A stretch of 64,000 nt of DNA from Candidatus Zixiibacteriota bacterium (GTDB lineage: Bacteria; Zixibacteria; MSB-5A5; UM-FILTER-46-8): contig WJIJ01000051.1 in NCBI GenBank assembly GCA_014730345.1, positions 3,592 through 67,591 of the forward strand, written 5' to 3'. Below the pieces are notes generated by a model that saw only the letters and a list, made by a program, of their open reading frames with translations, was not told where the DNA came from and did no database searches. Of the stretch, positions 39,910 to 50,578 are shown piece after piece. The position numbers and the translations under genes are program-made. How positions within the stretch are numbered: position 1 is the stretch's first letter; each line of letters opens with the position of its first letter.

Positions 39910-41613
39910 ATGGAATTCCTGGGTACGATACTGCTTAAAGAAGGACTGGTTAAACAGGAACAATTGGATGATGCTTTAGCGAGACAGAAAGGATTAGGTA
40001 AAAGACTCGGAGAAATTCTTATCTCCGATGGTTTAATAACCCAGGAAAATCTCGTCGATGCTCTTTCTATTCAACTCGGAATAGAGAAGGTTGGAGAAGA
40101 GGATCTTGCCCGGATAGCCCGGGAAGTTGTCGAAGTTATCCCCGAATTTTTCGCCAGGGAATATCATGTAATTGCCATCGAACGCGACGAGGACACTTTA
40201 AAAGTGGCCATGACCGATCCCGAAGATATCGTCGTGCTCGATAATCTCCATAAAATGACCAGCTACCGGATAGTGCCGGTCCTTGGTCCTCAGTTCCATA
40301 TCGATGATTCTATCGAAAGGCATTACCGGGAAATACGGGCAACCGGCGAGGTTACCGAGGCTTTATCCGGCCTTGATTTCGTGGTTACCAGCGATGACCA
40401 GGAACTCGATGATGTCGATATCAACCAGCTTAAAAAAGAAATCGACGATGCTCCTATCGTAAAGCTGGTTAACCTGACTATCACCGAGGCGATCAAGAGC
40501 AGGGCGACTGATATACATATCGAACCCACTTTTGATTCACTCGTCATCCGCTACCGTATCGACGGCCATTTACAGGAGGTTATGACCGCTCCCCGTAAAT
40601 CCCAGATGGGAATCATCTCCCGCATTAAGATTATGGCTAATCTTAATATCGCCGAAAGAAGGCTTCCCCAGGACGGCCGTATTACCATAAAAATGCCGGA
40701 GAAAGAGGTCGATGTCCGCGTTTCCATTCTCCCCACGGTGAGGGGAGAAAAAGTGGTTATGAGGTTGCTGGAAAAAACCGGCTTTTCCTATTACCTTGAC
40801 AATCTCGGTTTCGATTCGGACATGCACGATATCTTTTTGAAATGGATTAAACAGCCTTACGGCATGGTAATCGTATCCGGCCCTACCGGTTCTGGTAAAT
40901 CAACCACGCTTCACGCGGCGCTGAATGAAATTAAATCCGAGGAGGATAATATAGTAACTGTAGAGGATCCGGTGGAGTATCAGATTGATGGCGTTGCCCA
41001 GGTTGCCACCGCCGATAAAATCGGTTTGACTTTCGGTTCGGCCCTGCGCCATATTCTACGCCAGGACCCGGATAAGATTCTCATCGGTGAGATACGCGAT
41101 AAAGAAACGGCGGATATCGCCGTGAAATTCGCTTTAACCGGTCACCTTGTTTTCACGACATTGCACGCTAACGATGCCCCATCGACCATTACCCGCCTTC
41201 TGGATATCGGCGTAGCGCCCTTTTTAGTCGGGTCATGCCTTAACCTGGTTATGGCCCAGCGGCTGGTCAGGACTATTTGCCCGCATTGCAAGGAAAGCTA
41301 TACTCCCACCCAAGAGGAATTGGATTCCCTCAAGGTGGATATTTCTAAGTATAATGGGCATAACTTCGTCAGGGCTAAAGGCTGCGTTCACTGCCGTAAC
41401 ACGGGTTACTATGGCCGGACAGGCATTTTCGAGATGCTCGAGTTGCGCCATCCGATCCGAAAACTTATATTCGAGGGAGCTGATCAGGATGCAATCAAAG
41501 ATAGGGCGATGGAATTGAATATGGTCAACCTTCGTGAAGCCGGCGCGCGCAAAGCTTTTCAGGGCAAGACAAGCATTGAAGAAGTATTAAGATCAACTAT
41601 AGAAGAGGATTAA
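39910..41613 (+). CDS. pilB: Type IV pilus assembly (extension) ATPase, GspE/PilB family
   Basis: N-terminal T2SSE_N-like domain. Walker A (GPTGSGKSTTL). Tetracysteine motif (CPHCK...CVHC). Length 567 aa. Confidence 0.93.
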   Translation: MEFLGTILLKEGLVKQEQLDDALARQKGLGKRLGEILISDGLITQENLVDALSIQLGIEKVGEEDLARIAREVVEVIPEFFAREYHVIAIERDEDTLKVAMTDPEDIVVLDNLHKMTSYRIVPVLGPQFHIDDSIERHYREIRATGEVTEALSGLDFVVTSDDQELDDVDINQLKKEIDDAPIVKLVNLTITEAIKSRATDIHIEPTFDSLVIRYRIDGHLQEVMTAPRKSQMGIISRIKIMANLNIAERRLPQDGRITIKMPEKEVDVRVSILPTVRGEKVVMRLLEKTGFSYYLDNLGFDSDMHDIFLKWIKQPYGMVIVSGPTGSGKSTTLHAALNEIKSEEDNIVTVEDPVEYQIDGVAQVATADKIGLTFGSALRHILRQDPDKILIGEIRDKETADIAVKFALTGHLVFTTLHANDAPSTITRLLDIGVAPFLVGSCLNLVMAQRLVRTICPHCKESYTPTQEELDSLKVDISKYNGHNFVRAKGCVHCRNTGYYGRTGIFEMLELRHPIRKLIFEGADQDAIKDRAMELNMVNLREAGARKAFQGKTSIEEVLRSTIEED

Positions 41614-41629
41614 TAGATAAGGAACGATT

Positions 41630-42883
41630 ATGCCGAGTTTTTCTTACATAGTCAAAGATAAGAACGGCACTCAACAGGACGGTATAATCCAGGCGGCCAG
41701 CCTGGACGCGGCTTTGAACAAACTTCGTGAAAAGGGCAATACAATAATATCCGTAAAGGATTACAAGGATGCTTCCGCCGTTGAGCAGGAAAGCCTGTTA
41801 GATAAGATAGGTTTGCTGATTTTTAAAATCCGCACCCATGTTCCTTTGAAAGTAATCGTGTTCTTTACCAGGCAATTAGCTACGATGTTCTCCGCAGGTT
41901 TAAATATCGAAAAAACTATTTCCCAACTGTTGATTGAAGAATCCAACAAGAAATTCAAGAAGGTTCTCGGACAATTAAACGCGGATATTAAAAAGGGATT
42001 ATCTCTTTCGGATGCCATGGAACGGCACCCCGGGGTTTTTTCTCCGCTGTACATCGCCCTGGTGAAATCCGGCGAGGTCTCCGGTACCTTGCACAGGGTG
42101 CTCGAGGAACTGGCAAACTACCTCGAATTCATCCAGGATACCCGCCGTAAAGTGATATCCGCGATGTACTATCCGGCCTTTGTTTTATTAATAACTTTCC
42201 TGATTGTCGCTGGTTTGATAATCTATGTTGTGCCTATATTCCAGGAAGTATACGCGCGGTTCAAAGCTGACTTGCCGCTTCCTACACAAATACTCATTCA
42301 TATAAGCGACACGGTGAGGAGCAATTTCATAGTAAGCGCGCTGATTGTGGCGGCATTCGTTGGTCTTATTGTGGTGATAAACCTTACATATACCGGCAGG
42401 CTGATATTTGACCGGGTCCGGCTTAAAGTACCGATTATAGGACAGCTCCAAATGAACTCCCTGATGAGCAAATTCTCCCGTACTTTCGGTATGCTTATGG
42501 GCGCGGGCGTGCCGGTGATTGACGCTATGAAACTTGTTTCGAGGGTAGTTGATAACTATGTAATTAAAATCGGGGTAAAAAATACGATCCGTTATATTAA
42601 GGACGGATACAGTATTTCGGCATCGATGAAGAAAAGCGCTGTATATCCGCCTACTCTGGTGTCCCTGGCTTCGACCGGCGAGGAAACCGGTGAAATAGAA
42701 AATATGTTCGCCAAAGCGGCCATTTTTTACGATAAACAGGTTGACGCGGTGGTCAGCAGGTTAACCTCGTTAATCGAACCGATGTTGATTGTTATTATCG
42801 CGACCGTAATCGGAACCATAATTATTGTGCTCTATTTGCCCGTATTCTACCTCGGAATGGTTATGAAGCGGGGTCTTAAGTAA
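41630..42883 (+). CDS. pilC: Type IV pilus platform protein, GspF/PilC family
   Basis: Two T2SF repeats and 3 TM segments. Length 417 aa. Confidence 0.9.
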   Translation: MPSFSYIVKDKNGTQQDGIIQAASLDAALNKLREKGNTIISVKDYKDASAVEQESLLDKIGLLIFKIRTHVPLKVIVFFTRQLATMFSAGLNIEKTISQLLIEESNKKFKKVLGQLNADIKKGLSLSDAMERHPGVFSPLYIALVKSGEVSGTLHRVLEELANYLEFIQDTRRKVISAMYYPAFVLLITFLIVAGLIIYVVPIFQEVYARFKADLPLPTQILIHISDTVRSNFIVSALIVAAFVGLIVVINLTYTGRLIFDRVRLKVPIIGQLQMNSLMSKFSRTFGMLMGAGVPVIDAMKLVSRVVDNYVIKIGVKNTIRYIKDGYSISASMKKSAVYPPTLVSLASTGEETGEIENMFAKAAIFYDKQVDAVVSRLTSLIEPMLIVIIATVIGTIIIVLYLPVFYLGMVMKRGLK

Positions 42884-42899
42884 ACTAAGAATTATTGCC

Positions 42900-42937
42900 A
42901 AACCACCGCCGTTTCACATGGTGGTGGTTTTTTTATT
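42900..42937 (+). terminator. Rho-independent terminator ending the pilus operon
   Basis: AAACCACC-n15-GGTGGTTT stem followed by TTTTTATTTT. Confidence 0.7.
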
Positions 42938-42944
42938 TTAATTT

Positions 42945-43631
42945 ATGATTGATTTTGAATTATATGACGGCTGGACGGAATTACCGTCGAAATGGAAGGA
43001 GAGTATAAGGGACTACTCGGTAAGTTTCCCTCAACCGTTTCCAGCGGTTGTCCTTCCCGGCGCGGCCTCCGCTCTGTCACTTATGGATAGGGGATTATTC
43101 AAGATTCTCCTGCGCGCTTCTATCGATACCGGGCACTCACCCCGCGAGATTTACGAGGGCGTCCTCCAATGCTACCTGTCGCTTGGTTATCCCAGGGCAA
43201 TTGAGGGTATGAAAATTCTGCGGTCGGTGTTCAAATCCGCCGGAATCGAAGTAGGCTATGCGGCCGGCATTGCCCATGATAATTATGAACAATATGGAGA
43301 CGAATTATTCCGGAAAGTACATGGCGATAAACATATTCTGATTTTGGATACCATTGAATCAGCATCGCCTGAAATCCGGGAATGGATAGTTAAGGAAGCT
43401 TATGGCAAGGTATTGTCCAGGGAAGGTCTGGATTGGCGCAAAAGGGAACTGATTAACTTATCTTCCATGCTTTCTGAAAGGGTTCCCGACCAGGTAATAT
43501 CGCACATCAAGGGATCGATAAATGTCGGCGTGAGTATAAGTAATATAGAAATGTTATTCCGGTTTTTAGAAATCTGGAATGAAAAAACACATACGGATTT
43601 CGCCCGGAAGGCATTGGAGAGATTCAAGTAA
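42945..43631 (+). CDS. Hypothetical helical protein, possibly AhpD/CMD-like fold
   Basis: A 228-aa ORF with good coding statistics and no strong motifs. Confidence 0.45.
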   Translation: MIDFELYDGWTELPSKWKESIRDYSVSFPQPFPAVVLPGAASALSLMDRGLFKILLRASIDTGHSPREIYEGVLQCYLSLGYPRAIEGMKILRSVFKSAGIEVGYAAGIAHDNYEQYGDELFRKVHGDKHILILDTIESASPEIREWIVKEAYGKVLSREGLDWRKRELINLSSMLSERVPDQVISHIKGSINVGVSISNIEMLFRFLEIWNEKTHTDFARKALERFK

Positions 43632-43689
43632 TTGTACTGTAGGATTTTACCTTGACGCTAATCGTGCCTTATACTATATATGAATCTTA

Positions 43690-46600
43690 ATGAAGAGACG
43701 CAGAGGGAGAAGAATATCTTTACTTATACTCGGATCTTTGGCTTTAATCGTATCCGTAATCCTCGCCGTCTTTTTCTTTACGGATCTTCCCGAGAAACAG
43801 GTTAACAACCTTCTTGATGTTCTCATAAGCGCGGAATCGGGGGTGGAAGTTCATATAGGTAACCTTAACCGCACATGGTGGGGAGAGCTGGAGCTTTTTG
43901 ATATTACCATCGATTACCAGAAGGGAGATACAACCTATCGTTTGGCGGAAGTAAAATCGTTATATACGGATTATTCCCTGATTGAATTTATACAGGGCAG
44001 GTTCGTAGTAACCAGCCTGATTATTAATGAACCAAGGATTTACCTGAAAAAAGACAAACAGGGAAACTTGATTTTCCCGGGCGGTAGTGAAAAAGGAGAT
44101 CCATCTGCCGGTATAGCTATTTTGCCGGGATTAATTTATGGAGCACAATATTTTGAACTTAATGAGGGTATGATTGAACTTTACGAACAGGATAACCGCA
44201 TTGATAGTTTGAATATCGCGGGAACCGCGCGGCGTCTTCCCCCGGACACTCTTTCGGCGAAAATTTACATGATGGATTTTGTCTATCCCCGCAAAGATTT
44301 TGAAGTTTCCAAGTTTACAACCGAGATCCGTTTTTCACCGGGCAAAATCGATTTCGACGATGTAAAACTGATAACCGGAAATTCCGATGCCCGCGGAAGC
44401 TTGAGTTTACTTCTTAGGGATACCCTGGAGTATTCATTTAATTTTAATGGTGATAATTTTTCATTCGAGGAGATGTCGCGTATAGCCGGAACCAAGTTGA
44501 GAGGGGATATCCAATACAAGATAACCGGCAACGGCAAAGGCGGGTTAATCCAGGGCGACGCCGTTTTGAATGGATACTTCTTCGAAAGGAAATTCGAGAA
44601 TGTACAGACCGGTTTCCGCTTTCAGGATAAAAAATTGTCGTTCCACAATGTCTCAGGGAAAATCTTCGGCGCTTCGGTTACCGGAGACGGGCGATTAAAC
44701 CTCGGCGTGAAACCGGAGGAGTACAGCGCGGATATACGTATAAAAGGATTTAATTTAAGCAATCTCGTATTCAATTCCCTCGATACCGAATTTAATGGAC
44801 AATTGCTCATCGACGGCCGGGGCTTTAATGATGATAATATGTATATGAACTTCAATGCCGACCTTGGTTTTACCCGTATAGAGACCTACCAGTTCGACAG
44901 CACCAGGGGAGAATTCGGTTTAAATGTCAAAAGGATTGATTTCGAGGATGGATGCCAGGCCTTTTACAAAAATACGGCTACTGAATACTCAGGGTTTATC
45001 GAGTATGGCGGGAATTTGGAGATAAAGGGTACCGCGGATTTCCGTAACCTCGATAATTTCGACGGGCAGATATTTCTTACGGATATCGGCGGAAGGGGAA
45101 ACGCGAGTTTCATCGCCGATGGGCTGACCGGGGATTTCAACCTGAACGCACGGTTTACCTCGGACTCGTGTCATATTTATGGGATATATACCCCTGACTT
45201 TGAGATGGATTTATCCCTGAACACTTTTGTTAATCATCCCATAGGTAAGGTCGATTTCGGCTGGAGCGGGGGAGATATATATACCCTCGGCGTCGAAAGG
45301 GTTGATGGATATACTGTTGTGGCGGGCGATTACACTTTTATAGATTCGGTCAATGTTGATTACCCCGCGGGGGACATGTTTTTCCAGGGCAAATATGACG
45401 GTACTCTCTTCCCCCCTCGATTGGCGATTGATTCCTCGGCGATTAGTTTTTTCGATAATAAACTTATCAATAACCAACAGATAAAGTTGCTGATAGGTGA
45501 GGAGGATGTTGAAATAACATCGATGATTTATTCCGTGAATTCGGGGCTTGCCAGCCTTGCCGGCATTATCGATTATGATGAAAACATGGATCTCGCTTTA
45601 ACATTGGATAGACTTGATATTTCTCCGTTTGCTTCCATAATAGATCCAGGCGACCGGTGGGATGGAATATTGTCCTGCAATATCATGGCTGGTGGGAATT
45701 TCGAGAATCCCAGCTACGTAGGAGCTATTGAGATAGATGGTTTTGGATACAGATTTTACGCGCTGGGCGATATCGACAGTAAATTCAGCTACAGGGATGA
45801 ATCCCTTATAATTGATTCCTTCAATCTTACTGATTCCCTCGAGAACATTACTGCCTCCGGCTACATCCCTATTGATTTATCACTGGCCGAAACCGAAACG
45901 CGAATACCGGACACGACCTTCTTTGTTAATTTCAAGGCCAGCGGCGAACAGCTGAACGTGGCTACCATTTTTATTCCGCAGATAGAATACCTGTTCGGTT
46001 CATTCAATGCCAGCATGATCATAGACAATACAGTTTACAAACCGACATTCAATGGAAGACTGCGGATGGAGGATGGCGTTCTTAAAGTCCAGGATTGGGT
46101 TGAACCTATCTACGGATTAGAATGTGATATAATACTTCAGGATAAAGAAATCAAAATCGAGAAAGCTGAGGGGCATTTCGAGTACGAGGATAATCGCCGA
46201 CAGTCGATTTTCCAAAAGTTGTACTCGGCATTATTCAGTACTGAAGACCGGAGAGGACGGGTTGGAGTTAATGGAAGTATTGACGTTAGATCCCTCGACA
46301 ATTTCGATTACTCGCTGGATGTAACCGGCAAAGATATACCATTAGTACATGAACTCTATGATATATCCGCTATTGTAGATATCAACGCCGAGGTTACCGG
46401 TACCACACCGCCCCTTGTAACCGGCGATGTCGAAGTTGTCCAGTTTATTTACAATGAACCATTTGTCTCTTCTGGTTCGGACCTCCTTGATGTTGAGCCT
46501 GTGCATGCCATTGATGAAAATATGTGGAATCTTGACCTCGACATATACGCGGATAATAATATCTGGGTAATAAATCCGGATATGGAAGCTGAATTCGAAG

Positions 46601-47289
46601 GCGAGGTAAACCTCACGAGACGACTGGGGCTCTACCGTGTTCAAGGTGAGATTGGAGTTATCAGGGGACGGTACTATCTACCGACGTTGGTAGATTTCAA
46701 GATAGACGAAGGGCAGATATTATTTAACGATCCCGAGTTTGTTTCCTTTAATTTCGTTGATCCTGAGCTTAATATACTTGCTTCAAAACGGATTTACCAG
46801 AGTGACGCGGACGAAAAACTAATCGAACTCAGGGTAAGCGGTGAACTTTCTGAACCAACCCTGTCTCTTTCTTCAGGAGAGGATAGCCAGCAGGAAATAT
46901 TAGAGTATCTTGCTTTTAGAAGGAGTTTGGATGGTTCTTCAACCGATTCGATCGGTACCGATAATTCTCTCGGCGAACGGGGAGTGGGGTTGTTCAGCGA
47001 TTTGATTAGCAGGCAGATTAAATCACAAGCGCGGCAAACCCTGGGGGTTGAAACGCTGGAAATTCAACCTTCCGAGAGCGGCGGTTTTGACCTTTCACAG
47101 ACGCGTATAGCGGTTGGAAAGTATATATCACCGAGTGTTTATCTGAAATATTCAACCAAGCTGTCAACGGCTTCCGGGCAGGAAATCGCCGCCGAATATC
47201 GTTTGAACCGGAATTTTTCACTCGAAGCCAAGACTGATGAAGATAACCTGTACCATGTCGACTTCAATTTTAAATTAGAGTTTAAATGA
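43690..47289 (+). CDS. tamB: TamB-like translocation and assembly module protein (N-terminal signal anchor, long beta-rich body, DUF490-like C-terminus)
   Basis: Length 1199 aa. N-terminal anchor (ISLLILGSLALIVSVILAVFFF). Amphipathic beta-strand C-terminal region. Immediately followed by an Omp85 gene. Confidence 0.65.
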   Translation: MKRRRGRRISLLILGSLALIVSVILAVFFFTDLPEKQVNNLLDVLISAESGVEVHIGNLNRTWWGELELFDITIDYQKGDTTYRLAEVKSLYTDYSLIEFIQGRFVVTSLIINEPRIYLKKDKQGNLIFPGGSEKGDPSAGIAILPGLIYGAQYFELNEGMIELYEQDNRIDSLNIAGTARRLPPDTLSAKIYMMDFVYPRKDFEVSKFTTEIRFSPGKIDFDDVKLITGNSDARGSLSLLLRDTLEYSFNFNGDNFSFEEMSRIAGTKLRGDIQYKITGNGKGGLIQGDAVLNGYFFERKFENVQTGFRFQDKKLSFHNVSGKIFGASVTGDGRLNLGVKPEEYSADIRIKGFNLSNLVFNSLDTEFNGQLLIDGRGFNDDNMYMNFNADLGFTRIETYQFDSTRGEFGLNVKRIDFEDGCQAFYKNTATEYSGFIEYGGNLEIKGTADFRNLDNFDGQIFLTDIGGRGNASFIADGLTGDFNLNARFTSDSCHIYGIYTPDFEMDLSLNTFVNHPIGKVDFGWSGGDIYTLGVERVDGYTVVAGDYTFIDSVNVDYPAGDMFFQGKYDGTLFPPRLAIDSSAISFFDNKLINNQQIKLLIGEEDVEITSMIYSVNSGLASLAGIIDYDENMDLALTLDRLDISPFASIIDPGDRWDGILSCNIMAGGNFENPSYVGAIEIDGFGYRFYALGDIDSKFSYRDESLIIDSFNLTDSLENITASGYIPIDLSLAETETRIPDTTFFVNFKASGEQLNVATIFIPQIEYLFGSFNASMIIDNTVYKPTFNGRLRMEDGVLKVQDWVEPIYGLECDIILQDKEIKIEKAEGHFEYEDNRRQSIFQKLYSALFSTEDRRGRVGVNGSIDVRSLDNFDYSLDVTGKDIPLVHELYDISAIVDINAEVTGTTPPLVTGDVEVVQFIYNEPFVSSGSDLLDVEPVHAIDENMWNLDLDIYADNNIWVINPDMEAEFEGEVNLTRRLGLYRVQGEIGVIRGRYYLPTLVDFKIDEGQILFNDPEFVSFNFVDPELNILASKRIYQSDADEKLIELRVSGELSEPTLSLSSGEDSQQEILEYLAFRRSLDGSSTDSIGTDNSLGERGVGLFSDLISRQIKSQARQTLGVETLEIQPSESGGFDLSQTRIAVGKYISPSVYLKYSTKLSTASGQEIAAEYRLNRNFSLEAKTDEDNLYHVDFNFKLEFK

Positions 47290-49181
47290 CCCGCTTTTTA
47301 TATAGATTCTGTCTCTTATTGGCATTTTTACTCCTTTTGCCTTCTATTGCGCATCCGCAGGAATTGCACAGCAAAACACGCGGATTTGTGATAATCGATG
47401 ATATTAAAGTTAACGGCAATAAGGCATTGAGTAGTGGAACCATAAAATCACAACTGACCGTCAGCCAGAACCGCTGGTACAATATTATCCATAAAAAGGA
47501 ACGGCTGACCGACCGGGTTATCGAATATCAGAAATCCCTGGTGGATTCTCTTTATCACGTAAACGGATTTTTGGATGCTTCCAGCGAAATCAAAATCAAT
47601 TCCGCAGATAAAGAAAACCATGTTCAGGTGGAAGTGAATGTGGTGGAAGGCCCTCGAACATTTTTAAAATCAGTCAATTTCCGGGGAGGGGTAGAGGATT
47701 TAAATGACAAGACGGCTGATATTGTAAGGAATTTAAGAACTGGAAGCCCGTATAATCATATGCTTGTCTCCGAGATAGCTTATCGCATTCGGAGCTTATA
47801 TACTAAAAATGGTTATGCGTATTGCAGGGTTAGACCCGTTGCCGAATTCTCTGATGACGCGACTGAAGTTTCAATAACTATAAATATTGAGGCCGGGGAC
47901 CTGACAACTTTCGGAGAGATTAATATCGAAGGTTTGGATTTTACCGAGCCGGAGGTAGTACGCAGGGAAATCCAGTTTAAAAAAGGAGATATATATAATG
48001 AAGAAAGTATGTATGAGAGCCATCGTTTTCTCTATAATTCCGGTTTATTCAACTATGTTTCCATGAACCCGGTTTACTATCCCGAGAAACAGGAGCCGCC
48101 GGATATCAACATCTCTCTCAAAGAGCGCAAACCAAACTACTTGAACCTGAGGACGGGCGCCGGCCAGGACAGGCAACGCGACCTTACTTTGAACGCTTCC
48201 GCTGAATACGGCAACCGCAACATGTTCGGCACAGGCCGTAAAATAGGCCTTGGAGTGATTTCATCGTTCCAGGTTATCACCAGGCAAGCTAACTTTAAAA
48301 ACCAGTTTATCTTTTCATATACCGAACCCTGGATATTTTTCACACGCATGCCCCTGGAGATTAAGTTGACTTACGAACCGAATACTCTGAGCGCAACCCA
48401 GGATTATCAGTATGACCGTTATTCCGCCGCCTTCACCTTAACCCGCGAGTTGTCACCGGAAACGGAATTCAAATTCACCGAGGATTTTGAATCGATTAAC
48501 ATCCATGACCTCCAGGGAGACCAGGAAGAAATATTCCGCGCTGAACAGGAAATTCGATTGCGCAGGAAGTTTATCTCATCGTTCCGTACCGATAAACGCG
48601 ATAATATACTAATGCCCACCCGCGGTTACTTCACCCAGATATCATTTGAGTACATCGGAGGAATTCAGGGCGGCGATATCGACCTGGTCAAGCTTCATTT
48701 TTCATGGAACCGCTACCAGGTATTTAAAAAGTCCAATGTTTTCGCCGGCAGGCTCCAATTGGATTGGCTAAAGGAATTCGGGGAAACCGAGATAGTTCCT
48801 ATCGAGGACAGGTTTTTCCTCGGCGGGGCGTCAACCATAAGAGGATACCGGGAAAACCAGCTTGGTCCCAAATTCGAAAGCGCCGATTCCATACAATCAT
48901 TAATAGGGAATCCCAAGGGAGGAAAACTGGCGATACTCGGTAATTTTGAACTCCGACGTTCTCTGTTCTGGAGATTTGGCGGTTCAACTTTTATCGACGT
49001 GGGAAACCTGTGGGAGGATCCCGAAGAGTTCAAGCTTGAAGATTTCCGGGTTACAGCGGGATTGGGATTGCAGTTTTTTACTCCCATCGGACCTATAAGG
49101 GCGGATTATGGAATTAGAGTGATTCGCGCCGGTGATGAATCCGGCGGCGCGTATCATTTTAGTATTTTATATATATTTTAA
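47286..49181 (+). CDS. tamA: Omp85-family outer-membrane protein assembly factor (TamA/BamA-like): POTRA domains plus a 16-strand barrel
   Basis: Signal peptide. POTRA-like repeats. C-terminal barrel with a conserved RGY/F motif (GASTIRGYRENQLGP) and a terminal aromatic residue. Length 631 aa. Confidence 0.8.
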   Translation: MTRFLYRFCLLLAFLLLLPSIAHPQELHSKTRGFVIIDDIKVNGNKALSSGTIKSQLTVSQNRWYNIIHKKERLTDRVIEYQKSLVDSLYHVNGFLDASSEIKINSADKENHVQVEVNVVEGPRTFLKSVNFRGGVEDLNDKTADIVRNLRTGSPYNHMLVSEIAYRIRSLYTKNGYAYCRVRPVAEFSDDATEVSITINIEAGDLTTFGEINIEGLDFTEPEVVRREIQFKKGDIYNEESMYESHRFLYNSGLFNYVSMNPVYYPEKQEPPDINISLKERKPNYLNLRTGAGQDRQRDLTLNASAEYGNRNMFGTGRKIGLGVISSFQVITRQANFKNQFIFSYTEPWIFFTRMPLEIKLTYEPNTLSATQDYQYDRYSAAFTLTRELSPETEFKFTEDFESINIHDLQGDQEEIFRAEQEIRLRRKFISSFRTDKRDNILMPTRGYFTQISFEYIGGIQGGDIDLVKLHFSWNRYQVFKKSNVFAGRLQLDWLKEFGETEIVPIEDRFFLGGASTIRGYRENQLGPKFESADSIQSLIGNPKGGKLAILGNFELRRSLFWRFGGSTFIDVGNLWEDPEEFKLEDFRVTAGLGLQFFTPIGPIRADYGIRVIRAGDESGGAYHFSILYIF

Positions 49182-49192
49182 GGAAACTAAAG

Positions 49193-49930
49193 ATGAATAG
49201 ACCCCGGATTGGATTATCTCAACGATACGTCTTACGCGACACCAAAGCACGATTTCCAAGTGTACTTTCCTTTGAATGGAATGAAACGGGTTGGGCCGAA
49301 GGAGTATATGAGGCAGGAGGATTGCCATATTACCTGCCGGCTACCGAAAATGGGGATACTATCGACGAACTGTTGGATATCCTCGATGGCGTCATTCTTG
49401 TTGGAGGGAGTGATATCGATCCTTCCGCTTATCATCAGGAGCGTATTCCAGAATGTTATAAATCGGTTTTAATACGTGACAGGTTCGAGATCGAATTGAT
49501 AAACAGGGTAATGAAGTCGGGGAAACCATTGTTGGGAGCATGCCGGGGAATGCAGATTTTAAATGTCGCTTTAGGCGGTACATTACACCAGCATATTTAC
49601 AATTTACCGGAAAAAATTATCGACCACGAGAACACCCCTTTAAAGGACTTCACCAGGTTGCATCCCGTGGAGATAGAACCAGAGTCCAAATTGGCCTCAA
49701 TTCTTGGCGGTAACAAGTTCGAGGTTAACACTTCTCATCACCAGGCAATCGACAGGCTTGGCGATAAATTGAAAGCGTGCGCCTGGACCGAGGATTCCAT
49801 AATCGAAGGAATTGAGCTGGATGGGGATGAATTTGTAATTGGAGTCCAATGGCATCCGGAATCAATGCTTGATTCACAGGTTTCTAAAAGGATATTTCGG
49901 GCATTTGTGGAAAAATGTTCCCGTAAATAA
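49193..49930 (+). CDS. Class I glutamine amidotransferase-like (peptidase C26 / gamma-glutamyl-GABA hydrolase family)
   Basis: Catalytic Cys motif (LGACRGMQILNVALGGTLHQH). His/Glu near the C-terminus (VQWHPE). Confidence 0.85.
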   Translation: MNRPRIGLSQRYVLRDTKARFPSVLSFEWNETGWAEGVYEAGGLPYYLPATENGDTIDELLDILDGVILVGGSDIDPSAYHQERIPECYKSVLIRDRFEIELINRVMKSGKPLLGACRGMQILNVALGGTLHQHIYNLPEKIIDHENTPLKDFTRLHPVEIEPESKLASILGGNKFEVNTSHHQAIDRLGDKLKACAWTEDSIIEGIELDGDEFVIGVQWHPESMLDSQVSKRIFRAFVEKCSRK

Positions 49931-50128
49931 TTACTACAAAAAGGGACAGGATTCTGGAACCTATATGGGGGATAGGACGTTATAACTACTGTAAAAATTA
50001 TACGAAAATATGGCTTTGTAAAACCTTATGTATTTATTAATTTCAAAAACAACCGGTAAAAATTTGACAATTAGCGTATAGAATGTTATTTTCACAAGGA
50101 TTGTCTATACAGAAACGAGGTGGATGGT

Positions 50129-50578
50129 ATGTATATATCAACAAGAGGACGTTACGCAGTAAGGGCTTTATTGGACATAGCCCTATCAGAGACCGATTCT
50201 CCGGTATCGCTTAGAGGGATAAGCGAACGCCAGAACCTGCCCATTTCTTACCTGGAACAGATTTTCAACAGGTTGAAAAAGGTCGGCATTGTGCGTTCAG
50301 TAAGAGGAGTTAACGGGGGCTACCATCTTGGTCGTCCGTCCGACGAAATTACCGTTGGCAGTATTATCAAGACTATGGAAGGTCCCATCAGGTTATCAAA
50401 ATGCGATTCCCCGCCGGCGGCGAGGGAAACCTGTATCGGTCCAGACGACTGTGCCGCAAGGGTTTTATGGAAACGCCTTGAGGGCAGGATTGATGAGATG
50501 CTTGAGGGAGTAACCCTCTCCGATATGGTCAAAGAAGCGGAACATATTACTGAAGAGGAAGTTAAGACCGAAGCATGA
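50129..50578 (+). CDS. iscR: Rrf2-family transcriptional regulator (IscR-like)
   Basis: N-terminal wHTH (MYISTRGRYAVRALLDIA). Cys cluster (CDSPPAARETCIGPDDC) for a [2Fe-2S] cluster. SD AGGTGG lies 5 nt upstream of the ATG at 50129. Confidence 0.85.
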   Translation: MYISTRGRYAVRALLDIALSETDSPVSLRGISERQNLPISYLEQIFNRLKKVGIVRSVRGVNGGYHLGRPSDEITVGSIIKTMEGPIRLSKCDSPPAARETCIGPDDCAARVLWKRLEGRIDEMLEGVTLSDMVKEAEHITEEEVKTEA

